Shown piece after piece: positions 12,041-25,564 of a DNA stretch of 64,000 bases. The translations under genes and the position numbers were made by a program. The DNA comes from Octopus sinensis (lineage: Eukaryota). Below the pieces are notes generated by a model. That model made no database searches, was not told the origin of the DNA, and worked only from the letters and a program-made list of their open reading frames with translations. Within the stretch, counting starts at the first letter, position 1, and every line of letters starts with the position of its first letter. The stretch covers positions 3,720,001 to 3,784,000 of the forward strand of contig NC_043018.1 in NCBI RefSeq assembly GCF_006345805.1, in the 5' to 3' direction.

Positions 12041-12281
12041 TTACATATAATTCCTTTATTATTGAAAATTTGGCTTACAGCTGTTTCCAGTAGCCATTAT
12101 AAATAGGTTTACTCAATTGGTCTATTGAACAGAGCAATGGCTCTGACGAAGGTATCATAAGTTTTCTTTGGTCTTTCAATTTACCTCAACTGACCAATAG
12201 ACCAATTGAGTAGACCTATCTATAATGACTACAGGAAACAGCTGTAAGCCAAAATTGCTCCAATAAAGGACTTATATGTAA
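12041..12281. repeat. Imperfect inverted repeat, 87-bp arms and 67-bp spacer, carrying hammerhead-like motifs
   Basis: 12041-12127 pairs with 12195-12281; TGGCT-CTGACGA at 12138-12149 and GAAAC-AGCT-GTA-AGCCA at 12235-12251. Confidence 0.8.
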
Positions 12282-12488
12282 TGACCAATATTTTTAACTT
12301 GTCTCATATTTTACTCTGTAAATAACAGTATATCTGAAGCCCATCCACGGTTTACAATATAGAATTGTGGTGAACCATCACTTTGGACCCTACCAAAAGA
12401 CTACCTGGAGTTCTTCACTAATCTAAGCAATATTGTTATCCTGGTGTGGCAACAGAGATCCTATGAATCCCTCATTATTTGCTATATA

Positions 12489-13357
12489 TTGGGTTGGCAA
12501 CTAGGTTCCCGCCGATTTTTTTAATTTTGGAATCTATTTTTTTCGAAAATTCTATTTTTGAATCATTTTGGAATCTATTTTGTTGTTTTTTTTTTGTTTG
12601 TTTTTGTTTTGTTTTTTTCTAGTTAATATTAGTTAATTTTTGTTTATTTTCAGATCATTAAAATGGAATGTCAAGTTAAGAAAAACGAGCATTTTCGACA
12701 CCTCCTTCTTTTTGCTTTTAATCAAGGTTGTAAGACCGCAAAAGCTGCTCGTGAGATTTGTGCTGTGTATGAAGAGGATACCATAGCTGAAAGAACCGCT
12801 CGTGATTGGTATGCCAAGTTCAAAAATGGAAATTTTGACCTCAAAGACGCACATCGTTCTGACCGTCCAGTTCAGTTCGATGAAGAGCGATTAAACCAAC
12901 TTTTGCACGTAAATTCTCGTCAAACGACAAGGGAACTGGCAGAGAAAATAGAATGCTCCCACACTGCTATAGAGAAGCATATTTACTCGATGGGAAAGAT
13001 TCAGAAGTATTGAGCATGGGTGCCGCATGCTTTAAGTGACAACAACAACAAAAATCAATGAGCCACAATCTCCGCTGGTTTGCTTGCTCGTTACCGCTCA
13101 TCTCATGGACACAAGCAACGATTTCTTTACCGAATCGTAACTGGCGACGAAAATGGTGCCTGTACATCAATATGAAGCAGCGTAAGGAACGGCTTAGCTC
13201 CGGTAAACAAGCGACACCGCGCTTGAAACAAGATCTTCAGCCGCGTAAAACGATGTTGGCGTATGGTGGGACTGGGAAGGGATTATCCATTGCGAATTGC
13301 TTGAACGGAACCAAATGGTCAACGCGGAACTCAATGTTCAACAGATGAAACGACTCT
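12489..13357 (+). mobile_element. Mariner transposon, 5' portion (mellifera-like TIR), transposase disrupted
   Basis: TA followed by TTGGGTTGGCAACTA TIR; ORF 12663-13013 with Mos1-type HTH region; WVPHAL and RIVTGDE motifs downstream with stops and frameshifts; cut off by a SINE at ~13358. Confidence 0.88.
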
Positions 13358-13890
13358 ACACTTGCCCAAGGTGCCACGCAGTGGGACCTTACCACACAGC
13401 CACACAGCCACTCCTGCGTCTATATATTCTATTTAATTTCTTCCTTGTTTCAGTCATTAGACTACGGCTATGCTGGAGCACTGTCTTGATGGATTTTAAT
13501 CGAACAAATCGACCACAGTACTTATATTCTTTTAAAGCCTGGTACTGGTTCTTCCGGTCTCTTTTGCTGAGCTGCTAAATTACGGGGACGTAAACACACC
13601 AACACCGGTGATCAATCAGTGGCGGGAGAAAAACATACACACACATTCACATGTCCATACATACATACATACATACATACATAATACATAATACATATAT
13701 AAAACATACGTACGTACATACATGCATACATACGACGGGTTTCTTTCAGTTTCCGTCTACCAAATCCACTTTCGCGGTTTTGGTCTGCCCGAAGCTTAAG
13801 TAGAAGACACCTGCCCAAGGTGCCACGCATGGAGACTGAACCCGGAACCATGTGGTTGGAAAGCAAATTTCTTACCATACAGCCACACCT
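13358..13890 (-). mobile_element. Two CORE-type SINE copies (family C), one partial
   Basis: Reverse complement of GTGGCACCTTGGGCAAGTGTC core twice, plus tail. Confidence 0.8.
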
Positions 13891-14139
13891 GCACATTTAT
13901 ACACGCATATGTGTGTGTGCGGGCGTGCGCACATGTGCATGTGTGTGTGTTTGTAAAGAAACGCACATCACACATACACACACACACACACCTGTACACG
14001 TACGTGAGTAAAGGCATTTTTGTCATCCGTTACGTTGGAATTAAAGACAAAATGGTTATTGTATTGGGGGCTGAGCATTTAAATTACGCTTGAGTGAATC
14101 GGACCCGGATGCCAATAAAATGCAAGGCATATCCACATT

Positions 14140-14433
14140 ATCATCATCCCTGCCATCACCACCGCCAACATTATTATCATAGCCGTCGCCATCATCACCG
14201 TCGTCAACATCGTTGTTGCGATCGTCGCCGTCGTCACTATCACCACTCACCACCACCACCACAACCACCATCATCATCATCATCATCATCATCATCGCCA
14301 TCGTCATCGTCGTCGTCGTCATCATCATCATCAACATCATCGTCATCGTTGTCGTCATCATTATCATCATCATCATCATCACCACCATCATCATCATCAT
14401 CATCATCATCGTCATCGTCGTCGTCGTCGTCAT

Positions 14434-14467
<34 letters not shown>

Positions 14468-14480
14468 GTCATCGTCGTCG

Positions 14481-14521
<41 letters not shown>

Positions 14522-14534
14522 GTCATCGTCGTCG

Positions 14535-14590
<56 letters not shown>

Positions 14591-14730
14591 GTCATCGTCG
14601 TCGTCATCATCATCATCGTCATCATCATCATCATCATCGTCATCGTCGTCGTCATCATCATCATCATCATCATCATCGTCATCATCATCATCATCATCGT
14701 CATCGTCGTCATCGTCGTCGTCGTTGTCTC
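14140..14730. repeat. (CAT)n/(CGT)n trinucleotide array
   Basis: Directly visible; source of the poly-D, poly-M, poly-I and poly-S ORFs. Confidence 0.95.
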
Positions 14731-15273
14731 CCCCCACCCATCACCTGTTTAGTCCAGTATATTTACATACTGCCGAGAGAGGTCACCTTCACGGTATTTT
14801 GGCTTGAATAAGATTTCGATAAACGTACCTGCTTCAAATCGCTGAATATTTACAAAGGTAACAACAATAACAGCATCAAACAATCAAACAAAACAACACC
14901 AACAACAAAGACAGAATTAATCACTACATCATCATCATCATCATCATCATCAACAGTCACAGCAACAATAGCAAAAGCACCAACATGACTTACTGCAATA
15001 AGAATATCTTTTATTGACCTCAAAAAAAAAAATCCTAATCCGTCGGGGACAATAGAAAAGTAAAGAATAAACATCAACAAACCGGAGAAAGTGGAGGGTG
15101 CACGTGCGTAAGAAGAACATGAATAATAAAGAACAGGACAAAACGAAGAATGTGTGTGTGTGATTGTGTGTGTGTGTATTGTTGTTGTTGTTGTTGTTGT
15201 TGTTGTGGGGATTTTGCGTGTAAACAAGACTAACAAAATTCTAAAAAAATCAACAATATGTGATCCTCCATAG

Positions 15274-15530
15274 CAGTGGTTCCCAAAGTGGACGGTATTG
15301 CCCCCACCCACCCTTAGGGGCAGTGGAAAGTGGTATGATAACAGGGTAGCCAAAATGGGGTGTAAGATGTAAAAAAAACAATATATTAATAGGTTAATTA
15401 AGTTTAAGTTTTATTTGTAAAATACAGTTGTTTTGAATTTGCTGCAGAAAGTAGGGAGGGTGAGGGGGTCGCTAGGAGTGTGGCTTGGGTGCCAAGGGGG
15501 GTGGCAGCCTGAAAAGTTTGGGAACCACTG
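15274..15530. mobile_element. hAT (Charlie-like) MITE, 257 bp
   Basis: TIR CAGTGGTTCCCAAA / TTTGGGAACCACTG; perfect 8-bp TSD CTCCATAG (15266-15273, 15531-15538). Confidence 0.92.
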
Positions 15531-15929
15531 CTCCATAGGGAGGAGACGTTCAAGCACTGCTCATGGAAAATCCCCATAAAAAACCGTGGATACCCTGACT
15601 TTAGGGATAGGTGCCTTTTTTCCTCTCCCTTTTTCCAACCACAGTCGTATGTTCAGGGCAGGCCCTTTCACTCGTACTATTCTCGCCACTTACATCCACC
15701 TTTCGGCAAACTAGCCAGAAGACAACACTCCCCTTTCTCGACCCTTATTTTCCTTTTCAAGTTTATCAGGGATTGACCCAAAGACAAAAGTGTTTGTCTG
15801 CTTGGGTGCTGAGTATCTCCCACAATTAGTTAACATACAAGCACCGAAACTTATAGTTTGCAGAGGGAGACCCTGTGACACCTCTGACAACAGGGTACTG
15901 TCCGCTCTCACAGAATCAACCCGAGCAAG

Positions 15930-16050
<121 letters not shown>

Positions 16051-17778
16051 TGTGATGCATGTGCCTGGTGTACCCTTATCAGACGGGTAGTCATGATGGG
16101 TGTATTGGGCTTCGTATATTTTACCCCAGTGTCACTTTGATGCCATGCACTACTCTCTCACTCAATGATGATGATGATGATGATGATAATAATAATAATA
16201 TTCCGGCCAGCTGGAATCGAACCTCTACTCATGTCTGTATATGTTGTCTTGCAATGGTTTAATCCTGTAGCATTCAGATTATTCTGTCAAATCTACTGCT
16301 AATTAATTCATATTGGTTTTAATTAATCTTGAATCCTCTCATAGCTTCGAGAATTTAGTGATGAGAGCGTAGACTGAGGAGTCACGTGAGAGCTTGGATC
16401 CGGCTTGTATGGACATGAAGCAGGTAGAGTGGTTGGACCGGATATGGCTTTTTTAAAATACCAACGGGTTTAACGGAACATTAACAGTACTAGTCTAAGG
16501 GGACTTGCAAGGGTCATTCTACTAGAATCTGTCCCTTCTTCTAGATTCAGCAGGTAGATAATAAGAATAACGAGTACGAGTACAGGTGAGCCAAATAAGG
16601 ACAAAGAAATTGTGAGTTCATGAAAGGTCTACAAAGATTTTGCACCACGTAAGCAGAAAGGAAGAAGACACGTCAACCCTAGCGACATCGGTACTGGATT
16701 GGTACTTCTTTTATCGGCCTCAAAAGATTGAAAGGCAAAGCTGATCTAAGAGGAATTTGAGCCAAAAACGTAATGGGTCGAAAGAAATATCGCAAAGCAA
16801 TTTTATCTGACGCTCCAACGACTCTGCAAGATTGTAAACTTATAGTCAAGTGAAACAATATAGATTCGTTAACAAGTAGAAAATAATTGTTTCTAATTTA
16901 GGCACAAGGCCAGTAACTTTGATGGGATTATTGAAATCATTTACCGAATTATTGTTTGGTCCATCGGAGAGATAGAATGCAAAGGTGGCCTCTGCGAATA
17001 AGGATTCGGAAAAAACATCGCAAGTCATTTTGTGATGACGTTCTTACGACTCTGCTAGTTTTCCACCCTAAAATTACTAATAATGGTTTTTAATTTAGGA
17101 ATAAGGGCAGCAATGTTTGCCGGGAAGGAGTTAGTCGATACCATTAGCCCCTGGAGGAATAAAAGTAAGAATTGATCTCGGCAGGATTTGATCTCAGATT
17201 ATAAAGTTGGAAGAAACCCTTCCAGTTATTTTTGTCTTTAATAAACGAATAATAATAATAATAATCCTTTCTATTGAAGGCACAAGGCCTGAATTAAAAG
17301 GGACGAAATTCCGCGCTAAACACTTTACCCGGTACTGTAACGAGCAAAACGTTTAGCGGAATTCCGTCCGTTTTAATTCTGTCGAGGTCGACTTTACCTT
17401 TCCTTGTTTGGGGGTCGGTAAAATAAGCACCAATCAAGTACTGGGGTAGATGTAAACGACTTACCCCCACCCCCGAAAATGTTGGTCTTTTGCCAGAAGT
17501 TGAAACCGTTATGAAAGATGGGTCCTTAACACAAACTCCAAGCTTCTTGGCTGTAAGAACGACACCAGCCATTGGCTCAATAACTACTTACTACCGTTAG
17601 TAACCCAAGCATGTATGTAACGATTTGCAGCGTATCCACAAATATTTTCCCATTGATGAGTACTGAGTAGAAATCGAAACACAGTGCTGTGCCAAGTGTA
17701 AACTGATGTTTATTTTGTCATTACTATTCTCTCTAGCTATTATTTTTCGCTTGTATATTCTTGCCTGCATATTACATT

Positions 17779-17877
<99 letters not shown>

Positions 17878-18385
17878 CAAAATAAGCAAGAAGGATATCC
17901 AGAGGTAATGCAGTGCGATCGTTTCACGCAACTCCATTTAATAGCAACCATTACATCAATTTAAATGCAGAGCAATCCTCAGCTGCGCAAAGACATAGAA
18001 TTTAATTAAATTAAAACAGATGGACACATTAGTATAATTTTACCTAAAATCTCCAAGAGGTTAAGGAGATAAACGAAGAATATATAAAATATCCCGGAAA
18101 CAGCTGTAAGACTTTCTATTTATAAATGTTCTGAAATCTTTCACAGCCTTAGATTTTTATCTCATTTTGAAAAATTTTTGTTCATATATGGACATGCTGC
18201 AGTTGGTGGCTACGACCACGAAAACAGCGTACATTTCATTTCTTTAAGAAAATAAGAAGCCATCTTGATGCTTATCGATATATATGAAAGAGAAATGAGA
18301 AACCTAAGAACGTGGTGCATACATTATGTTAGGTCGTCCTTTATTTAGACTCGCTAAAGTGTGTGCACGAATATATGACGCACTT

Positions 18386-18462
<77 letters not shown>

Positions 18463-20632
18463 GGGACAGAGAGAGAAAGAGAGACGGAGAAAGAAATGAT
18501 AATGAAAGAAAAATAAAAAATAAAAAACGAGGGTGTTATGTATGTTATTGTACTACAAAGATTAAACAAAAAATAAAGATAAGATATTTGATAAAAGCGA
18601 ACGTGTCCTTGGATATAAAGCATAAACAAGCAACAATATACAGTTGTGTGAGGATTTATTGCTTATTCGTTGTTGTTGTTGTTATTGTTATTATCGTTAT
18701 TATTGTTATTGCTGTTGTTGTTTGGTCTCCAGCTAAGCTTCATCCAGCAAACAAAACTATGATCTTGTCTTTTTAAGTAGGCCCACATTATTTTAATGTA
18801 CTCTCACCTCTATCCTTTAAACAGTCAGGTGTGACTGAAGAGTTACTTGGCTGTCATTTCGATCATGTTTTGCAACCACCTAGATGTTCCTTCGTTGGCT
18901 CATTCAGCGGTGGCTGTGTTGTTGCTTGACCCCAGATCGACGCTGATCTAGTAGACCTATGGCCAATTATGTTTCAGTAATGACTATCTTGTCGGTTATT
19001 TTAATAAGGCACAATATACCTCGGACTACACAATACGAGGTGTTCACTCGGGCGAAACGTACAGACTAAGAGGCGAACGCGTGTTACTCTGAGATGCCTT
19101 GTGATTTTATGGAAGGGTTTCCTGCTTTACGATCGATTTAGAAGAGCTTCTCCAAACCTCTGAGTAACTCCTGCAGTTTCTCCGTGGGGCAAAGCACCTC
19201 TGATGTTTATTTCACCTATCTCAAACTACATAATCCAATGTGTCCATCAGTTTTTTAAAATGCTAACATGGATTTCAAGGGAGATTTGGCTGACTTTTCT
19301 AGCATTTCCAGTGAACTACAAAGACGTTCTAGTGTTGGCTTCTTGTTTATCTCTCGTCCAGCATTGCTCCAGCAAGGCTTAAGTTCTCAGTTGTTCCAGC
19401 TGTGGTCGCCTTTTATTATTTTCATTCAGTTGCATACCTATCATTATTGTCCTCTTGTTGTTTCACCGAAGGTTAGCTTTTATGCACCAAGTCTATGAAC
19501 TAGACGTTCCAATCATGACCATCCTGTATTCTTTGTGATTCATAATATATCCAGAGTTATATTTTCAAACGTGTCCGTCTTTAAGAAGGGAGGCTTTGAT
19601 TGGGGGGAAGATTTAGCTGCTTTTTCCAGTGAGTCGGGTCTCCTTTGCTGGCGCGTATGATACGATGTTGTTGCTTTTGTTGAGCCGTAGTCAAGTCGTT
19701 CGTAGTAGACATCAGTTTATAGACGTTCCAATTTTGACTCTCCATCTTAATTTTAAACATCCAAGTCCAATATCTGTCGCTTTGCTGGCAACACAGTGGT
19801 AAAATTTAAAATGGAAATTTGTCTTTTTAAAATTTTACCTTTAATATTGTTTCTGATTTCGGCACTAGGTCAGCAGTTTTGAGGGGAGAAAATTAACCGA
19901 TTTGATCGGCCTTAGTTCTTGATTGGTACTTTATTTTACCAACTCTAAAAGTATGAAAAGCAAAGTTTAACTTGGAGGAATTTGAACTCTGAATTTAAGG
20001 CAGATTTTTCGACGCTTTAACGTAAATCATAATGCTATCTTTAATGTAGAATTATTCAGTTTCAATACAAATAACCTTTGAAAGAATTAGAGTTATTAAC
20101 TTAACCTCTGTTTTTACTTCCAGAATAATAGATGGTGCATTAGGCGCTTTGCAATTGGGTAAATTATTGAAATTTTGTTTGACTTTCTCAGTAAAAGTTT
20201 AATAAAAGAAATCGTGTGATATTGTTTATCTATAAGCATTCATTTCAAAAAATTAATTCATAATCAGCAAACTCATTCACATTCTACAATATTGACTTTA
20301 CTTCCAATGACCCCTAAATTCCTCAAACAAAAACAAAGCGGTAAATGATAAGTTTTATTCACGATAATGAATGTTTGTATTATCGTTTCTGTCAAGTTCA
20401 CAACTGCCGCATATCAACAAATAAGTGAAAATAATATATTTAACTTACAAACCACAGAAACGATTGTTTTACTGGCAAATGGATTTTTGAAGAAATTGTT
20501 TACCTACTTCCAAAATAAGTAGTTTCAACTGGATGAAGGAACTATAGTCAATAGATCGAAAAAGGTTTACAATGGAATTAACTGCTTAATGAGTGAAAAC
20601 TTTAACAGATTTATTTTTATTACCTTTCTCAC

Positions 20633-20707
20633 GGGCATATGGCGTAGTGGTTGAGAGCGTGTGCTACTAACCCCAAGATTCCGAGTTTGATTCCAAACAG
20701 TGACCTA

Positions 20708-20741
<34 letters not shown>

Positions 20742-20890
20742 TCGAAAAATACCTTCGGAATGAGAACCCAGGTTCGAAATTTCCCCAAGACACCTGATGA
20801 AGGCTGGAGGGTATATCAGCCGAAACGTTGTGTTAACAACAAACAAGATGAGGACAAATATCCGTCAAATGTAAATAATGTAAATAATGT
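20633..20890 (+). mobile_element. tRNA-headed SINE-like element with internal (AAT)n and a hammerhead-bearing Penelope-type tail
   Basis: A box TGGCGTAGTGG, B-box-like GAGTTTGATTCC, (AAT)n linker, hammerhead at 20789-20834, 3' tandem AAATAATGT x2. Confidence 0.75.
20789..20834 (+). ncRNA. Minimal type I hammerhead ribozyme motif
   Basis: Stem I GACAC/GTGTT; core CTGATGA; extra A; stem II GGCTG/CAGCC with 10-nt loop; GAAAC; palindromic stem III ACGT; predicted cleavage triplet GUU. Confidence 0.75.
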
Positions 20891-21246
20891 CTTTCCCTTT
20901 TTTTCTTGAAGTTGTCTCAATTGTTATTTTTAAACTTTCATCTCGAAGTCAAAATTTATTTTTGAGAACGAAATATTTGACCAGTACTTTTAAAGGCGGC
21001 GTGCAAAGCAAACTTAATCTATGGCTAAAAAATAAAGCAAAAAACTTAATTTTTCCTTACGTCTATGGGAATTCAATGAATATGCAGATTTACTGTTGTA
21101 CATTTCGTTTCCCCAAATACATTACTTGAGATTTATTACTACTGCTACTACTTGCTCTTCGATGCTATTTATAGCCGTATAAATTCAATAATGCACATGG
21201 CTGCATAATTTCTAATGCCTTTAATACTATAATAAAATATTTACTT

Positions 21247-21785
21247 CATGTGTGTGTGTTTGAGTGTGTGTGTGTGAGATTAAAAGAAAGTCCCTCGCCT
21301 TTGCATTGCCCCATGGTCTCGTGAACTGCCTCATTGCTCAGTTTGTCCAAGTTCGGATCGACACAAAGGTGACATATCTTTGCTGCGCAAACAAGAAATG
21401 TGGTTTCCAATTAAGAAGTTCGTTTTGCAATCACAAAGTGTCGGTTTCGATCTCATTACGTGGCATCTTGACCAAGAACCGTTTACTGTAGCCTAGGGCT
21501 GACCCAAATCCTTGTGACGAAATTAGGCTGATGGAAACTGCATGGAAGTCTGTCAAATACATTATACCCGTAATTTAGGTTCAGTCCAATCCTGGCACCC
21601 TGTGTCACATTGATACGACTAAAGACACTACATTAAGGGTACAGCAAAGGTACTCTTACATTAAGAGTAGACATGTCTTTGGAGCACTCAGCCACTTACC
21701 CAATAATTGCGAAATGGAACGTACCTGTAAATAAAGGGATCAGGTTTTAACTTTGTGTCACACTTATTCTGCCTGAAAATATTAA
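21247..21785 (+). repeat. Left copy of a local inverted duplication
   Basis: Reverse complement of 23565-23850 apart from a ~250-bp segment (about 21378-21630) absent from the right copy. Confidence 0.85.
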
Positions 21786-23564
21786 TGCCATTCCTGTTTT
21801 TATTGTTTTTTTTAATATCCTGATTTCTTTTTTGTATCTTGTATTGAGTTCATCTCCGTTCACAAAACAGATCGCTTTTAAAAAGAAAAATCAGGATAAG
21901 TTAAGGAAATCTTTTCATGTAATGATTTGTCGCTTACATATTTTACGATGCGGGACCTTGTCATAGGATTAACTTCCTTTGAATATTAAAGTAATCCATC
22001 AAAGTTTCAACTTTGCTTTTCATCCTTTTAGGGTTCGAGAAGAAAAAGCTGATCTGGTGAGGTACATTGACAGAACAGTAAGAACGTTGAACCGGATACC
22101 TTGCGGTATTCCTTCGGGTTTCTGCGCCATGAGTTCAAATCTCACCAAAGTTAACATTGACTTTCATACTTTCGAGGTTCATTAAAAAAAAAAGATACAG
22201 TGTCAATCCAAGGCGGTATATCGGAGAGAATTTTATGTGCAATTGGTGTAGCATTAAATTAAAATGGCTATCTATGTATCATACTTAATGTATAAACACT
22301 GTTAAACTGCCTCTCAACATAGGTGGCTGTTTTATTTATTTGTTTACTTGCGTGTGTGGAGAAACGGGTAACAGCGATGGCATTTTGAAACTCAGAGATC
22401 GGAGCACGGCCACAAACCCTGTCACCGACACCAGTACAACAATATGTTACGAATAAACAAAATATTGATTTCAAATTTTGCACAAGGCCAGCAATTTCAG
22501 GGTAGGAGGTAAGTCGATTACACACACCCATGTGTTCAACTGTTTCGTATTTTATCGATTCCGAAATGATGAGAGGCAGAGTGGACCTTGGCAGAGTTTG
22601 AACTCAGAACGTAATGACGGACGAAATGCTGCTAAGCATTTTGTCCGGCGTGCTAACGATTCTGCCAGCTCGCCGCATTACGAAGAAGCAAAATATTGAT
22701 AAAGTTAATTTATAGGATAAAACAAAAGATTTTACTAAAACGATCCTCGGACTTCAATACTGAGTCACTCCGATTATAGGTTTGCTTGCGTCTGGGTTGT
22801 TTCACTCCTAACTTGTTTTTTATCTATAACCAAATGTTTTATTTGTGTTTAATTAAACTACGTAATAATACTTTCTACTATAGGCACAAGGCCTGGATTT
22901 TTGTGGGAAGGGGGACAATCGATCACATCGACCCCAGTACTTGGCTGATAATTTATCGGCCCCGAAAGGATGAAAGGCAAAGTCGACCTCGGTGAAATTT
23001 GAACTCAGACGGTGGCAACAAACGAAATAGCGCTAAGCATTTCGCCCGGAGTGCTTAACGACCCTGGCAGCTCGTCGCCTTAGACTACGTAATAATGATG
23101 TCATAGCAGTTTACCTTGGTGTTCGAATTTTTGACCTCGCTACTAATAACAGTTAAAATTCTCTTGGACTTTCCGTTCCGTGACAAACACTCACCACCTA
23201 CTACAACAACAAAAACAGCATACTTCTACTACTACCACTACTACCACAAATAACCGGAGAGATAAGCAGAAGTAACTAAAAATGGAACTAATTTCACTTA
23301 GTTTTAAAGTCCATTTCTGAGGTATCTCGTCTGTGTCAACGTTTTGTCTGACTTTTACGTATATCAGAAATAGGCTTTATTTTTGGCTCTATTTTTGCAA
23401 CCTGTTGTCTGTCGACCATTTACACAATAATAAATAAAAAAAATCGAATGGAACTTCGTCGATTTCGACGATGAGTTTTCAGTTATCCGATTAATCGACC
23501 TACCTGTTCATTGAAACTAACTTATAAGGGGTTGTGTATTCCACAGTCTTCTATGGCTTTAATG

Positions 23565-23850
23565 TAATATTTTCAGGCAGAATAAGTGTGACACAGAGTT
23601 AAAACCTGATCCCTTTTATAAACAGGTACGTTCCATTTCGCAATTATTGGGTAAGTGGCTGAGTGTTCCAAAGACATATCTACTCTTAATGTAAGAGTAC
23701 TTTTGCTGTACCCTTAATGTACAGATGTCTTCCTTTGTGTCGATCCGAACTTGGACAAACTGAGCAATGAGGCAGTTCACGAGACCACGGGGCAATGCGA
23801 AGGCGAGGGACTTTCTTTTAATCTCTCACACACACACTCAAACACATGCA
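23565..23850 (-). repeat. Right copy of the local inverted duplication
   Basis: e.g. GAGATTAAAAGAAAGTCCCTCGCC (21276) vs GGCGAGGGACTTTCTTTTAATCTC (~23802); TATTCTGCCTGAAAATATT vs AATATTTTCAGGCAGAATA. Confidence 0.85.
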
Positions 23851-24245
23851 CGCACACACGCACACGCACACACAGGTACACACTCTCACACACTCAAGTG
23901 CACACACACACACGCATACACACTCTGTCACACACACTCACATACATATTCACACACGCACTCACACACACTCACATAATATTCACACACGCACTCACAC
24001 ACACATACTCACACACACACACACACACTCTGTCAAACACACTCACATACATATTCACACACACTCACGTACACGCACACACACACACACGCACACACAC
24101 ACTCACGTATACACACACACACGCGCACACTCTGTCAAACACACTCACATAATATTAACACACACACGCATACACACACACACACACTCTGTCAAACACA
24201 CTCACATACATATTCACATACGCACTCACACACACACACACACGT
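23840..24245. repeat. CA-derived degenerate minisatellite
   Basis: Recurrent CACTCTGTCA(A/C)ACACACTCACATA motif x4 within (CA)n. Confidence 0.85.
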
Positions 24246-25081
24246 ATTACTTTATATCGCTTCAAGTGTCTTCTTGCTGCTCTTTTTTTATTGTTTTTGT
24301 TGGTAGAATAAAGTTTTATTGTTGCTTTCGATATTTTTGTTGGTTTATTTAACCCCAGGTCAGAGCAGATTATTAATAAAGAATGCTATTGATAAAAAGC
24401 ATTCCAATAGTGACCGTCCCACTTTTTGTGAATTCCCGACTCGTTTGTCCAACATGCTTGTCAATATATTTTCTCAGATGGTAAGTCATGGTTGACAAAT
24501 ATTATTGGCTCCGGGGGCGACTAATAGGGGGATAATAAATGTTTGAAGGCAAATTAGTATCTACCTGAATTTGAACTCAGAACGGTGAATGTACAATCGT
24601 TATGGATGCATTCATGATCGTGTAGTTAAGAATTTCACTCTGCAATCACGTCGTTTTAGGTTCGATTTCGATTTCCAGTGTCGCGTGGTCAAGTTTCTTC
24701 TATCGTTAAAAAACAAGACAATCAAAGGCCCTTCACAAGCCCAGGTTCATAAAACCGGTTTCCTCTAGATTCTGAGACATTTATTACCCCATGCTCACCC
24801 ACCCTATCACCTACTACCTACCCACGCCACTGGACAGGGTGCAGGCCCGTCGCAGATCTTATCTACCCCTTAACTCTTGTATTCTTATTCGCATACCCGG
24901 CAACCCTGGCTGCCTACCGTGAAATATAAAGAACAGTTTTCAATTTATCGTACTTCGATAAGAAAAATATCCACAACCTTCCGTCTCAATAAACCACTAT
25001 TGTCCCTGGAAGTTGTTTTTTTTATATATTTACTAGGATTGCTTGAAGCTAACCTTCTTCCTACTGCTCGATCCTTGGATA

Positions 25082-25137
<56 letters not shown>

Positions 25138-25564
25138 CTGCACACGCATATACATACATGAAATGATTGCTAATGAAGATATCAAGTGTTCATACACTTA
25201 CCGTAAGAAGCCACAAAGCAACTCACTCCTTCAAAAGTGACAGTTTAACGACAACTAATGTTGTTTAATGTTGTATAATTGCTGTATACGCATGATGGAG
25301 TGTGTAGTTTTATAGAGGTGTAAAGCTGTAATATCAGCTGTGGCGGCGGATTTATAGCGGCAATAGGATTTATGGCTTATGAAGGGCTTCAGCTCACCCT
25401 GGGCGCACGGATTCTTAATCTCACTTATATAGACACGCCACACATAAATATATACATATCCACAACTCATTCACATATATAACACATACAATATAGTTGT
25501 GTCCTTATATTGTTTATTTATTCATTTAATATGTCTGTGTGTGTGTGCGCGCGCGTGTTTTCTT

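Noticed and set aside
14056-14752. Long poly-M/D/I/S ORFs (also 15711-16140, 51713-52478, 56106-56569)
   Set aside because: Translations of trinucleotide microsatellites open in several frames; no coding evidence
18097-18112. GAAACAGCTGTAAG, 3' half of a hammerhead
   Set aside because: No CUGANGA upstream
23751-24352. HT/CV/YI-rich ORFs throughout the window
   Set aside because: Translations of (CA)n, (TG)n and (TA)n tracts
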